Numbered from the stretch's first letter, positions 24,747-37,909 are shown. The stretch is DNA of 64,000 nt from Octopus vulgaris (GCA_951406725.2 OX597828.1:66402001-66466000), one strand, 5' to 3'. Numbers and translations: made by a program. The notes: generated from the sequence alone by a model not told the origin.

Positions 24747-26677
24747 GAATTTTTATTGTTGCAGTCACAGTTTTTGAAATTTTAAAATTAAGTGAAAATT
24801 TTTTAAAAATTGCTATATAGATGTAATTTTTCATGCTGAATCAGATTTTGTTATTCATTTGTTCTAGAAAAAAAAATTTTTGAAAAATGTTACAGAGATT
24901 TGATAATTTTTACCCAATCAGAAAACACGATTCGAAAGCTGGCATTTTGTGCACAATAGCTGTCTATGACAATATTATGGCGACAAACTTGTAAGAAGCT
25001 TTGAAGCTTTATTAAGTTTCAATAAATAAAGTTATATGAAATATTGGAACAGGCATGTAAACAAATTAATAAGGAAAAATTTGCAATGATTCTTTTTATT
25101 TTTTGCATAAAATTACAAAAATTCAAACTGTACTCTTTCAAGTTAATAAACACAATGTTATGGTGCTCTGTTCTATGTCAAAAATTATAATCAATTTCAG
25201 GAGTCCACAAGTCACTGAAAATTGTGGTTCCTAGAACTGACTGATGTATATATTCCTCTAGTTCAGTGGTTCCCAACCTTTTCACTACCAAGGACCCCTT
25301 TTATTTAAATGAGTTTTCCCATAGACCCCAAGGTATTCTTATCCTTATGTATGTATGTATGTGTGTGTATATATATATATAGGGATAAGAATGTGCATTG
25401 TCCGTTTAATTGGAAAATTCTATATGTGGCTGAAGATTGCTCGACATTTTAAAACTGATGTAATACTTACAGTGTTTGATAAAATGAAGTAGCATGAAAC
25501 AATTGTACTACTCTACCTTGGATATCCTTGTTGCTTATTTTGATATATTTATATATATATATATATATATATACACATACGAAATTTTGAATTTAGTTTA
25601 CAGACCCCCAGTACTACCTTTGCAGACCACTGGGGGTCCATAAACTGCAGGTTGGGAACCACTGTTCTAGTGTGTTGCGATTCCAATGGAGTGCCACATA
25701 AAGAAAAACATGTCTGGTCTCACAACACAATCCTCTGCAAGCTCACTGCTCGGATAGCAAGCACCCTTCCTCAGTTGTATATCTCAACAATCTTCCCAAG
25801 TCTGTCCATCTGAACTGAGTTGCAGAGCAGGTCCTCTGCACATATTTCCTGAAAAAAAGCTGCTGTAATCAATAGCTGTGCCAAGGCTCATCCCCAGTTC
25901 TTCAACACCAAACCAGACTGAAGTAAATTCCTTGAACCATGAGTATAGGTAAAAAGCAGTCCAGTCCTAAGAGGAAGGGTGCCATTTTCCAATCATGTAT
26001 CTTTGGCAGACACACACACACATTGCATCCTTTTTGGAAGCACAGCCAGTAAATTTTCTCATGAAGCATCTTCTTATTCATAGAGTGTCTTTTTGTACAA
26101 AATTTTCTGTTAGTGATAACACCCTTCTTTTGCAAGTAAAAAACCCACATCCTCCTTGGTTTTCAATTTCTCCATCAAAATTCAAAAGGTTAAAAGAGTT
26201 GGCTGCGGTCAGATCTTTTTTTATGTAAGTTGAAAAGGTCCAGGAGAATACACAGTTCAAAATTATGAAAATGAGTTAATGACAGGACATCAACTGAAAA
26301 TATCCTTTTGTTTCTTAAAAATTAAAAAAAAAAACTATACAGGTGAAAATGACAAAAATGAGGTAGTACAAACGTTCAGAAAAGAGGTACTTGTCAGAGA
26401 AAGTAGACAGGTAAAGATGATACATGTAGTTGTAGTAGTTTAAACAGCATATGGGTTTGTTACTATGGAAACAGATACCAGTATGTTTGTGACTTTCGAT
26501 TGGCTAAAATTATCCAAAATTTGCAAACTTTAAAAGCTATTAAGTTTTTATTAATTTATTGCAAAAATGAATTTCATTTCCATCATTAGCATGCACAACT
26601 ACATCAGTACACCAAATTTGAAAATATTTGGAATAAAATTAAAAGAATTGAAAATGTGACAGCAACAGAAGCGATCC
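24747..26677 (-). mobile_element. Decayed Merlin (IS1016/IS1595-like) transposon
   Basis: 8-bp TSD ACATTTCA/ACATTTTA, long degenerate TIRs (right end ..GCGATCC). Minus remnants EELGMSLGTAIDYSSF..EICAEDLL..GKIVEI-YN*GRVL and LGTTIFSDLW. Confidence 0.72.
25264..25664. mobile_element. hAT (Charlie/Buster-like) MITE nested in the Merlin ORF
   Basis: TIR CAGTGGTTCCCAACCT / AGGTTGGGAACCACTG. Flanks CTCTAGTT / TTCTAGTG (imperfect 8-bp TSD of NTCTAGNN type). Confidence 0.88.
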
Positions 26678-28209
26678 ACATTTTATGTAACAAGATTATA
26701 TTAATACTTAATATTTTATTAAATATCGGTTTTAAAATTTGGCACAGGCCCAGCTATTTTTTGGTGGGGGGTGGAAGAGGGGGTAAGTCGATAACATTGT
26801 TATCAGTGCTCAACTGTGACTTATTTTATCGACTCGAAAGGATGAAAGGCAAAGGTTTTTAAATATTAATTTGTGACGGAGAAGCAACTTTCCCTGCGTT
26901 CAAATGTTTTATCTCGTATTATGTTCAACACTCCTGCACAGAACAATAGCACATACTTAATTTACCAATTTCTTTTCATTTTTTTTTTCTTAACCAACAT
27001 TTGATATATTGAAAAGATTCCGGAAAATCCACTTGATTAACAGATTCTTCTACTTAATTAACGGAACCTTTCTTGTTTTCCGCTTATGATTTTACAATAT
27101 CATATTAGATAGTTAAATGAGTGCAAGTCACTAATTAAATCACTTTCTGTCAAACACTTTGCAGGCAAAAAAATTTCTCTCGAGTGTATAGTGTGTGTCT
27201 ATTTACTTTCTTATGGAATTAATTACAAAACTAAAGCCAGTTTATTGAATGTGAGCGAAGTTATTTCTAATTTCCTTTTTTTTTCTGTTTTGTTTTTGAA
27301 TTATATTATCGATCAATATGTAATTATTTGACAACGACTGTTTTCTCTATTCTTTCATTTTTGTATTTTTCCTATTGCTGCGCTTGTTATAAACACAGAA
27401 AAGCAAAACTGTGATTCAGTTTCATTTCGTTAATAACATTTTAGTTGATTTACACTACAACTCTGAATATGAGGACTCTTTCCTGCTCTAAATATGAGAT
27501 CATTTTTGTTTGATGAAACGAAGCAAATACTGTGGTTGAAAATTCTTGTTGGCGGAGCCGTATTTATGAGGCGGGGACAAAAGTTGCAATTGTCTCGGCG
27601 CATACAAACGAAAAAAACTCCATTGAGTTAACTGAACACCTAACTATATAATCAAAGTTACTTGAAGAGGAATAAAGTAAATTATCTTTTTAAAATCTAC
27701 AACACGACAACTAACATCTAAATATATGGCATTCCTTCGATATTGGTCTACAGAGTCTTGGTGTAAGGAGGCGATGTCATTCAGAATGTCGTTATGTACA
27801 AATGTCAACGGATTGCCAAATACATTTCTATTTTACCTAACACATTAGGAAATTTATTTATTTTTGTTTTGCCTCGGGTTTCATAGATTTGCAAGCATCA
27901 AGCTCTAGGAAACCATGTCAAAGCAGACAGTAGAGATTGATATGTAGTTCTAGGATCCATCGGATCCTGTGAAACCGCTCAACCCATATTAGCATGGAAC
28001 ACGGCAGTTAAATGATCCAATGATGATGACGATGTTTGCCTCGTTGTTATCGTCAACATCATTACCAATGCTGTAATAATGATACACGGTTGTAGAATTC
28101 GAGATGACTGGAAATAGTCAAGAAAATCAAGGATAATCTTTCAGTATAAAAGGGTACAAAAAGGTAAATAAAAATTAATGGGTGGAGGGCGATAAATAAG
28201 TCAACTTAC

Positions 28210-28231
28210 TGTTAACGTAGACATTAGCCAT
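28210..28231 (-). CDS. Candidate first coding exon (MANVYVN + 1 nt) of a leftward host gene
   Basis: GCT-ATG-G Kozak context followed by a perfect A|GTAAGT donor (28209-28204), ~100 bp from a CRE, in unique CpG-retaining sequence. Confidence 0.5.
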
Positions 28232-28331
28232 AGCCACCAAAAAGTGAACAGAAGTCTTTTTCTTTGGTGCAAAATTCCTCCAAATAAACTCGTGTAAATA
28301 TGAAACGAATAGATTGTCTAACGTTCCCAAT

Positions 28332-28339
28332 TGACGTCA
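28332..28339. promoter_or_regulatory. CRE palindrome at the centre of a candidate bidirectional promoter
   Basis: TGACGTCA between a minus-strand GTAAGT donor (28209) and a plus-strand AG|GTATGA donor (28468). Confidence 0.55.
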
Positions 28340-28349
28340 TAATATCCTT

Positions 28350-28467
28350 TTTTCCCCCCGCATCCACATATTCTCCACATTTTGCGCGTGTGGACCTCGT
28401 TATTTGTCGAATCTACAGACTTCTCCTGATGCACAATCACTTCGTGAGTGTACATACCGTAATTTAG
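28350..28467 (+). other. Candidate non-coding first exon of a rightward transcript
   Basis: Pyrimidine-rich start, CpG-rich, ends TTTAG|GTATGA (alternative C|GTGAGT at 28444). Start position approximate. Confidence 0.35.
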
Positions 28468-29059
28468 GTATGAGATTTTTTTATTATTATTTTTGGCGAT
28501 CTTTCGTTTGTAGTAGCACGTTTCCGTCGATGATTTCCGTAAAAAACTTTTATTTTTTTACATATGGGCTTACGGGAACATTTGAAGTAATGAGAGCGAA
28601 AGAGACTAAGAGAAAGCGATTTTATGACGAGGGAATTTCTTTTGAAGTTACCGAAGCATTGATGTACATGTGTGTGTGTGTGTTTGATGGGGTGTGGGAG
28701 ACAGACAGTATGTTGTGTAAGTGAAGTGCTTCTGTTAGTGTGTGTGAAGAGACAGAGTAATGTGTGAAAGAAAGAGATAACTGAAATTTTTTACTCGGTG
28801 TATGAGTATATGTATGTATCTATGTATGTGTGTGTGTATGTATGTATGTATGGCCGATTTGAATCGCCTTATTTTTTTTTACCCACAAGGGACCAACAAA
28901 GAGGGGACAATACAATCTGATTTTGGGGTCAGATGAGCGAATGATTATACAAAAAAGATGACATTAAAAATTTTACAAAAATAAGAAAATATAATAAAAT
29001 CGAATGATAAGATAGACCGGAAGACATTACGGATGGAGTGGGGGGCGGGTTTAATTCGG

Positions 29060-29570
29060 ACCCCACGAGCCCCGCCTCGCCACTGATACCTGAGTTACAT
29101 ACTGTGTCGCATTCACGAGGTTCCATCCACACGCAACATCCGTGCTACATTCTTCCATCGATCTTCAAACATTCTTCACAGTCAGGCATTTTCTCTCTAG
29201 CCCTATTTTCCTTTTAAGGTGAAAGGTGAAGTAATTCACCAATTCAGGGCCAGAGATGAAATTGCCTGACTCTAACCCTTTCAGCCTCGTCTTCCAAATT
29301 ACCTCTCTCGCAATTGCTACTACAATGAGAAAACAATTCTTACCTTCTTTCGAAAGGAAATCAGGCGAGTCAGTTTTTACAATAGACTCAGTCGACAGCT
29401 GTACTCTTCGTGCACTTGACAACAGTTGTTCAGCATAAACCCACACATCTGACACCCCCGAACTTTGAACAATAGCATGCGGGACGGTTTCCCTATCCCG
29501 CTCGCATCTTGGACAGGTCAAAAGGCCGTGGCCACCATGCCTTGTGAGCTTGTCCCAAACAGTAATTTGG
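29060..29570 (-). pseudogene. L1/Tx1-clade LINE ORF2 C-terminal remnant (zf-RVT)
   Basis: TCPRCERDRETVPHAIVQ..AREVIWKTRLKG..FHLKRKIGLERKCL, paralogous to 4010-4650. Confidence 0.75.
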
Positions 29571-30469
29571 GTATGAGAACCTAATTATTTCCCCTTTAAT
29601 TTTTATTTATTTTTTTAAACACCCTATACCGAAAGATTACCAAATCAAGAATCAATTCAGTAAATTATTTCAGGTGTATTCTGTACATTGGAATTCGATC
29701 CAGAGAGTTAAAAATCTATCTTTAGACTTACCTATATAAATTGGCCGGCAATAAAATGTAATTGAAACAAAAATGATTTTTTGTCAATTCTTTTAAAATG
29801 AGTTTTTTTTTGTTTTTATTTAGATTTCTGAGTTTTCATTGAAATCCACAAGGTGTGGGCTGCCCGTTATCTGTTTTCAACTTGACCTTTATAATTTCTT
29901 TTTTTTTTTCGGTAAAATATAGATACGGAAGGGAAATGGTTTTCCATCAATAACACTGGATACTAATGTCGAATCCAAGAGATAAATGGCACTAATACGG
30001 TACCTTTATTTTATAAGTACATACATTACGTCAGATAGTTTCATTTTATTTTCATTTTGTATAACTTAACTGAAAGATTAGATAATTTTCGCAAGTATAT
30101 TATGAACCTATTCTATAGAGCTTAGCTACAATGAAGTGAATTCAGTTTCAAAGATTATAATATGGACTCAACACAGCGGGAGCTTAATTTATTATTCAGC
30201 GGTATTTGTCATAACGATATTAACTTCACAGAGATTTTCAAGCATAAAGCCACATTTTGAAGAGGAAATGCATTGTACGAACTAAGAAACCGCAACCAAC
30301 TATTGTAAAGTATTTAGTTCGGTACTTTATCATTTTGTCTCTTTTAGATATCTGGTGTAAAGCTAGGTTTGTACTGGGTTTCGGGCTAAATTGGACACTT
30401 TGCATAAAAGAAAACAATTTCACATCCCAAAAATAAAAGTATTTAAAACAATATTAACTAGATTATGAC

Positions 30470-31070
30470 TGGGAGATAACACTTTATTCAAAGTAGCCGT
30501 TTTCAGCTTCCGCCATGGCCCCGAGTCTGCTTCGGAATCTGACGTATGCGTTCTTCACTGTGTCTCTGAGAAGACCTTCGAACACCTTGATTTTAGTCAC
30601 CTGCTCGGCCTTGGTGTTGCAAGCCGAGCATTTGATGTCTCTCTCAACCACACCTCACACATAGTAACTCATCGGGTTACAATTAAGGAAATTAGGAGGC
30701 CTGAAATTGTAGCTGGCAGAGTCATAGAAATTCTCCGATAATCAGTTCTAGCTCTTCCCGAGGTTATGGCAAGGGGCCAAATCCTGCTGTCATACGTATG
30801 ACCTTCTAACAGCAACCCTCTTCAGTTGGGTATTGACCACAGTATCCAGTAGGCCCTGTTCAAAGCAGTGGGGGTTAATATCGGCATGCAGGTGCAGTCA
30901 GAACGCTTGCTTTGCCCCTTCCTACTGGCTACGGATTCGTAGTCTCTGGCACAGCTGTCCATGTCACGTCTTGTAGTCTTTACAGTGTTCACTGAGTATT
31001 GAGCAACAGTCATGATGTTGGCATTTTGATACTCAGGGCAAATCTGAGGAGTACGGGGTTCGACTGCTGG
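30470..31070 (-). pseudogene. DD37D (maT) transposase remnant with internal deletion
   Basis: ..YV*QQDLAPCHN..PPNFLNCNPMSYYV.. similar to 47352-48062. N-terminal HTH-like IMTVAQYSVNTVKT..RKGQSKRSD. Confidence 0.65.
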
Positions 31071-31739
31071 CAACTTTTTCCCGTCTTCTATGGGTAAATA
31101 CCCAATCTCTCTCTACTGTATTTTAAGCTATACTGTATTCGAAATTTATTATTATTATTATTTTGTCTGTAAAATACCAAATTTCCAAAGTTTGTTTATA
31201 AAATGTTCTCACATTCGAAAAGCTATTATTTAGCATTAAAATTGACGATTATTGTTGCCAGGGGCCGTTTAGCTTAATGGTTTGAGTACTCAGCCGATAT
31301 CTGAGGGGTACGGGTTCAACACTCCCTGTAGCTGTCTGCTGGCAATCTTTCTTTGCAATTTTCACACCTATACTACGTTCAAAATTGACTTTCTTGTCTG
31401 TACAACACATTCGGCACTTCCAAAGCTTGTTTACTATATATATACTGTAAGTATTAGACAAATAACTGTCTTTAAATTCGATATCTTCGTGAACAGAAAA
31501 TGAGGGATCTATAGGGCTAATTTTAATTCCGCTTTGGGATTTTAGCGACCGAGTACCGTCATCAACTATCCATGGAAACACTGATTAGAAGCCTATTATT
31601 ACTGAGAGTTTCAACAGTTGTTGAAGAAATCTCAAAATAGGAATGAAACCTGTTCGGTTTATCCTTCTTTTTCTGCTCACAAAATATTCTTTATAGAAAC
31701 ATGATATTGATATCTGCCTATTACATATAGTCCAAAATA

Positions 31740-31855
31740 AGAAAAACTTAAAGACGAAGCGAAAGAACAACAAACAGGGTTTATTGGGTTTAAGTTCAAG
31801 AAAAATGGAAGAAGTCTTTAACGTTTCGAGCCTACACTTTTCTACTGAAAGGATA
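31740..31855 (-). mobile_element. Penelope pLTR-like fragment with degenerate minimal hammerhead (family HD)
   Basis: Minus: CTTT-CAGTAGA-A-AAGT GTAG GCTC-GAAAC-GTT-AAAG. Related to 48200-48330. Confidence 0.55.
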
Positions 31856-32289
31856 TAGTCTTGGTTAAAATCTATAGTTATACCCTCCTTTACAGAATAA
31901 TCATATTTTACTTCAGATGTCATAGATTATCGTGTTACATATACAATCAACAGTTGAAGAAGTATAGTCGAAAATCATAAACATTTAATTTATGATAGCC
32001 CAATGTTATGTATTTGGTGTAAAAGAAACGAGACGGTGCAGAAATGGAATAAACTTGAAGTGTAATGTATGCATACTCACGATATCTCGGAAAATAAATA
32101 CAAATGAATTCACATTAAAAGTGCTCTACTTCATGAAGAATTTTAATAAAATCTGACTATCTTTACATGACTATATCTTAATATTATATGAATGTTAATG
32201 CCTCAACACAGCTCGATATCTTGAGGTTGAACAAATTAAAATATGTGTACAAGTAAGTAGATTGATAGATACATACATACATTTAACTT

Positions 32290-32885
32290 AGACATTTCTA
32301 CCAACGTAGTTAGGAGCTTCCTGTCGTTAATAAAGAAACATTTCCCTAAAGCCCATAAGTATTACAACTCTTCAACCCCCATAGCGTCAAGGTAAGCTAC
32401 TCCTGCTTAGACAACATTGCACGCATCAACAGACGTAAAAGCGCACCCACACAACCCCCAACCCCAACCTGAAACTTCTGAAACCCTACCACCTGCCCTC
32501 TTGGAGGATCCTGCCTCTCAAGGGCTATAGTATACAGAGCCACCTTTCACCATCAGATGGTATTACTAGGCACTACACGAGTATGACAGTAAATAATTTC
32601 AAGGGAAGACATTCTCATCACTTGCATTCATTTAGATCCAGGGACAGAGAGAGAACTTCACCTGCCTGTCACGCTTTCTCTGGAGACTTCGTGACCTTCG
32701 AGACGAAACACCTAGCATCAAGTGGACTATTATCGGCAGGGTGCCACCATATTCATCCGGCGCCGCTAATTGCCGGCTGTGCCTCCGCGAAAAACTACAT
32801 ATCATCTACCAACCCGCACTATCCATCAGCAAGAAATATGAGGTATCATATTGCTGTCACCCTTCTGATAAATTTCAAGCCACTA
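32290..32885 (+). pseudogene. Penelope-like element remnant (Naiad-like): thumb, Zn finger and GIY-YIG endonuclease
   Basis: STNVVRSFLSLIKKHFP..LFNPHSVKVSYSCLDNI; CPLGGSCLSRAIVYRAT; YTSMTVNNFKGRHSHHLHSFR; IKWTIIGRVPPYSSGAANCRLCLREKLHI. Several frameshifts. Confidence 0.82.
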
Positions 32886-33231
32886 GCCGCCGACAACCCA
32901 GATATGTCTCCTTTGTACCAGCCATTCCTAGCACCGCCTTTACCAATTAAACCCCATGGACAGCATCGCAAATCATCGACGCCTAGTACTTCCCCACGCC
33001 TGTCTATGCGCATACTCTCACCCCTTGTGCACGACCACACGAGTGTATGTGTGCGTGCACACGCACGTGCGTAAGAATATTCTTTCTTCTTCTTCTTCTT
33101 ATTATTATTAGCGGGTGATTGCCGAATATTCTTACTACAAATAAATAGCTGTCAAGTACTGGAGGCGATGTAATTGACTAATTCCTTCCTCTTAAAATTG
33201 CTAGTCTTGTGCCAAAATCCGAAACTGTTAT

Positions 33232-34165
33232 TGGAAGCATCCGTTAGTCTCACGAGTCTATGGATCTACAGCTTGAATATCTTACTTCGGTCTTATTGGG
33301 TAGAGTAGCTGTGATTATAGAGACCAATACGTAGAGGACAGTCCTCGCTCTAGTGACCGCATTTGAAGGCACTGTCTGCCCCTCTTGTCTTTGGTGTTGT
33401 TCATCTATTGATTGTGATTTCCCTTATCAGCAATCATCAACTCCCCTTTCGACTTTTTAAACCCTTGCCCTAGTTCCAGTCTCCAGTAGAAGTAATTACC
33501 AACAAAGTTTCCCCCATCATTCAACATTCTTGTAAAGAGAGACCTCTCGTCTCTTTTGCAGACGTCATTGAAATGAAGACGGAGTTGCCTTTGCGTTCTC
33601 TTGCCGAAGCCTAGTTCCCCATACAGCAGATCTTTGGGGATTCTCCTATCTGACATGCAATGTATGTGGTTCAGCCCTGCGGAGGTATCGTTATTGCAGT
33701 AGGATGAGGAGGCTGGGAATCTGTGTACGAGACAGGACCTCGTTGTTTGTGACTTTGGTCAGTTGAGTACTGGGATTCTTCAAAAGCTGTATCAGTGAAA
33801 GGCGTTGAGACACCGCTCCTGGTCCCATCGCCGTAAAGTAGTGTGCCGAGGACGCAAGCTATGTTGACGGTAACCTTGGTGAGCACCGTTAGCTCACTGT
33901 TCTCTCAGACTTTTGTTGTTAGCCTTACTAAAGTTTGAAGCTGCTCTTTTAGTATGTCTGTTGACCTCAGGCTCGAGAGAGGGGGATGGGGAGGCGGGAG
34001 AGAGAGAAAGAGAGGGAGGGAGAGGCGGAGTTTGTTTGTGATGGTGGCCGAGGTGTGTGAACTCATGGGCTCTCTCCAACTCGCATTTGTTGCTGGTAAT
34101 GATAGGTAATTGTTCAACAAGTTAGCCTAGAACCTTCTCCTTTAGACAGATAGTCAAGCCGAAGT
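33232..34165 (-). pseudogene. BovB-like RTE LINE remnant (RT C-terminus and tail)
   Basis: ACVLGTLLYG; MSDRRIPKDLLYGELGFGKR..LHFNDVCKRD; tail ..CGTGAGACTAACGGATGC. Confidence 0.8.
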
Positions 34166-35339
34166 AAAATATTTAGCAATAAGATAATCTTATTTTTCCA
34201 TCTCAGAAAGTCTTTAAACTTAATTCAGCTATAAAAAGTAGCTCTTTCTGTTTATTAAGAGGGTGGCTCTCCAGGAGGCGGGGTGCGATAATAATAAGTC
34301 GGGTTTATGGCGACCTCTGTATATCCTATGTATGATCCATGCGGCTTGATTGCTTACAAAGGAGAAAAATCCCAAAAGACACAAGAAGAACATTAAATGA
34401 CAACAGAAGACATAGATGTGTAGGCAAAATTTTTCGAGAGTGAGGCTGAAGCTGAGCTTAAGTTGCTTGCTTGAAAATTCTTCAAACTGCCTGGAAAAAG
34501 CTCAAAAGATCACAGAACAAGTTGATTAAACTAATTAATAATGTAAAGATATAGCTTAAGTGCTGGTACAAGAAAAATATTGCCAAAATGACAATGTTCT
34601 GTGACATTTTTGATACATACCCATCATTGTGAAGTCAGGGAAGGAGATCCAACAGAAGCAGCTCAGACCAGAAGAGATACCTCATTCCTCTTAAAACTGA
34701 ATATTCTGATAACCTGGCAACATCTTCACGTAGAACTGCATTTGTGTACGCCCATTCTGTACAAATCAAAAGAAAATTATTCACATGATCTTAGTGATAA
34801 CGATGTAACTATTCAATCTTCTGAAAGTAAAAAAAAAAATGCTCAGAAGAACTTCACGTGGAAGGAATTACGCGTAAAATTTGAATTGCAGTCTTAATGA
34901 GGTATCGAATGTCAAGTGTCCTTGACCGAGGTTTTTCATCGCCATTTGAAGAAGGTTGCCGCTAATGTTCTGCATATCTCAAATATATTTCCACTCCGGG
35001 GCAAAAAAGAGAAAAAGAAAAGAAGGGAAAAAATGAGCCTGAGCAATATTTATAGTTTTATTCAAGATAATTGAACAAAAGAAATAAATAGAAAGATCAA
35101 AATGTTTTTTTATGAACGTGAATCTGTAATTATTTATTTCTTAATATGAGATAGCTCCACCAAGGGTATCTGTTAGTTTCAAATTTTGGCACAAGACCAG
35201 CAAGTGCTCCAATGGCATATATTTCATCGACCCCTTAAGGATGAAAGGCAATTTTGAACTCAGAGCGTAAAGACGAAATGTCACTAATAATTTTTCCCGG
35301 GTATGTTAACGATTCTGACAGCTCGCCGCTTTATTTCTC

Positions 35340-35860
35340 AAGAATATTGATGTTGTATTCCTTAAAACTGAAAGCCTTTTTGCATTGAATAAGCTCGCAG
35401 ATAAGAATACTTCCCACACCATGATCCCATCACATTCATGCTTTACAGTCCAAACCATTCTGTCTCAAAGTTTCTGTATTCAACTGCAAAGCGCAATCTA
35501 TCCTTGACGTTCTTCTTCAAGAGAGAAGGCTTCCTTGCATATCTTTTTGAAGATATTCCTTCTGTCTTCTCGTTATGATGTTGCAGGAGAAAGCCGTTCC
35601 ATCACTAGTTTTGAATTATTTGCTCATAGTTGTCAAGGTTACCTTCTTGGCTTGCAGGGCAGAACATTTCAGTCTAACGTTCTCTTTTTGTTGAAGATTT
35701 TGGACGACCAGGCCCCAATTTTCTTGCGACAGAACTTGTCTGTTCGAAGCGCAGGCCATTAGGTTTGACAGTCGATAAGGACGTTTACACATTTTCCCTT
35801 TTCAAGATGGCAAAAATTTGTCGATAATATATAGTCTATCTCATTACTGCAATTCGCTTC
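35340..35860 (-). pseudogene. Old Tc1 transposase remnant
   Basis: RFEQTSSVARKLGPGRPK; YARKPSLLKKNVKDRLRFAVEY; TVKHECDGIMVWEVF (cf. TVKHGGGSIMVWG). Confidence 0.7.
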
Positions 35861-36044
35861 TTCACATTTTTTAAAGATAGTAGCGAGTTTCTTTGGTGAC
35901 GTAACACAACTGTAATTAAGATGATTTATTTTCTGTCAAACTTGAAAAAAAAGAAAGAAAAGTCCATTGGAAAAATGTCAATTCAAGAAAAATGATAATT
36001 TCTAGAAAACAGCTTAGCTACAGCCAGGGGCTAATTTTGTTTTT

Positions 36045-36730
36045 GCCCAGGTGTATACAATCATGTATACAAGAGAAAGATGACGTCTATGGACCATTGA
36101 TAAGGAGTTTACAAATCCAGTACCCAAGATACACTTTCAGTTTCATACCCATTATCATCGGAACAACAGGATACATACCTATTTCTTTACTACCCACAAG
36201 GGGCTAAACACAGAGAGGACAAACAAAGACAGACAAATGGATTAAGTCGATTATATCGACCCCAGTGCGTAACTGGTACTTACTTAATCGACCCCGAAAG
36301 GATGAAAGGCAAAGTCGACCTAGTCGGAATTTGAACTCAGAACGTAAAGACAGACGAAATACCTATTTCTTTATTACCCACAAGGGGCTAAACATAGAGG
36401 GGACAAACATGGACAGACATAGGTATTAAGTCGATTATATCGACCCCAGTGCGTAACTGGTACTTAATTTATCGACCCCGAAAGGATGAAAGGCAAAGTC
36501 GACCTCGGCGGAATTTGAACTCGGAACGTAAAGACAGACGAAATACTGCTACGCATTTCGCCCGGCGTGCTAACGTTTCTCCCATTAGACATACCAACCC
36601 ATAGGAGCAAAGACTGGCTGAACTCGGAATATTGGAGAGAGAGTGCCAATCCTTAATTCATAAGTTATAGATGATCACGATATCTGGAACTATAAAAATT
36701 GCAAGACCTTCTTAAGATTCAAAGGATGAT
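36045..36730 (+). pseudogene. R4/Dong-type LINE 3' end (RLE region) split by a SINE
   Basis: EKDDVYGPLIRSLQIQYPRYTFSFIPIIIGTTGYIP [SINE] ..LAELG..SLIHKL*MITISGTIK..CKTFL. Confidence 0.7.
36175..36580 (-). mobile_element. SINE family A dimer
   Basis: Two ~182-bp bodies with the same junction. Flanking ACATACC duplicated (36173-79, 36589-95). Confidence 0.88.
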
Positions 36731-37118
36731 AGTTAAAACAAGATACTCTCCTTCACAACCTTGCCACCAAGAAGGTGGCCGGTCAACATTTATCCTAAAT
36801 TAATAAAGGAAAGAGAACATACATACATACATACATACATACATACACATGAAAGCATATACATACACGTGTGTGTGTGTGTGTGTGTGTGGTTTTTCTT
36901 GTTTCAGTCATTAGACTGTGGCCATTTCGGGGCACCGTCTTGAAGAATTTAAGTCGAACGTTTTTAATGTTTTTAAAGTCTAGTACTTATTCCATCAGTT
37001 TCTTTTGCCGAACCGCTAGTTACATGGACGTAAACACACCAACACCGGTTATCAAGTGGTGGTGGGTGACAAATACAGACACCCACACCCACATACATGA
37101 TACATACACGGATATATA

Positions 37119-37181
<63 letters not shown>

Positions 37182-37287
37182 ATCCAAACAAGAAAACAAA
37201 AAACACAACAACGCAAGGACGTGGAACAAATAAAGTATTATTGGACGCTCAGGAAAGAAGGGAAGAAGGAGGGTTTATATATATATA

Positions 37288-37617
37288 GTCCGAAAACATA
37301 AATCCGAAAAAAGAAGCACACAGAATAAATTATAGAGCAGTATATATTAAAGTTAGATAAGGCTGGTTTAAGGGATTACCTTAGGTTTCACGCCCATAGA
37401 GAGCTTAGCTTTATGACGTATCATTAGATCCCAAAACCTGTTGGCTGAACGCCTCTCTAGTATATATGGAGAGATACACTGTTGCATATTACATATTATA
37501 GAGAGGCCTTCAGTCAACCGGTTTTGGGATCTGATGATACGTCATAAAGCTAAGCCCTCCATGGACGGGAAACCTAAGGTAAACCCATATACCGATCTAT
37601 TCTAACTTTAATATATA
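37288..37617. mobile_element. Fold-back element family HC with hammerhead motifs on both strands (copy 1)
   Basis: ~135-bp inverted arms. Plus motif 37526-37586, minus motif 37372-37432. Embedded in (TA)n. Confidence 0.8.
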
Positions 37618-37909
37618 TTTATGTATATATATATATTTCTACGACGAACTTGTTGGAAAACAAAGCTTCTTACCACATACGCACGCCTGCGCCTAAATGC
37701 ATACACGTATATACAGTTTTAAAATGTTTCTATAAATATAAAAACTGACCGTTAACTGCAAAAGGGCTCACTACAAGGGTAGAATATCACATTTCTAATA
37801 CTTTCATTAATTGTGAAATGAAATTTCGCAACTGGTAGGCTTTGTCAGACGACGAAACTTCGAAGTCATAATAAAAATTATACATATACACAAACACGGA
37901 TAATACCTA

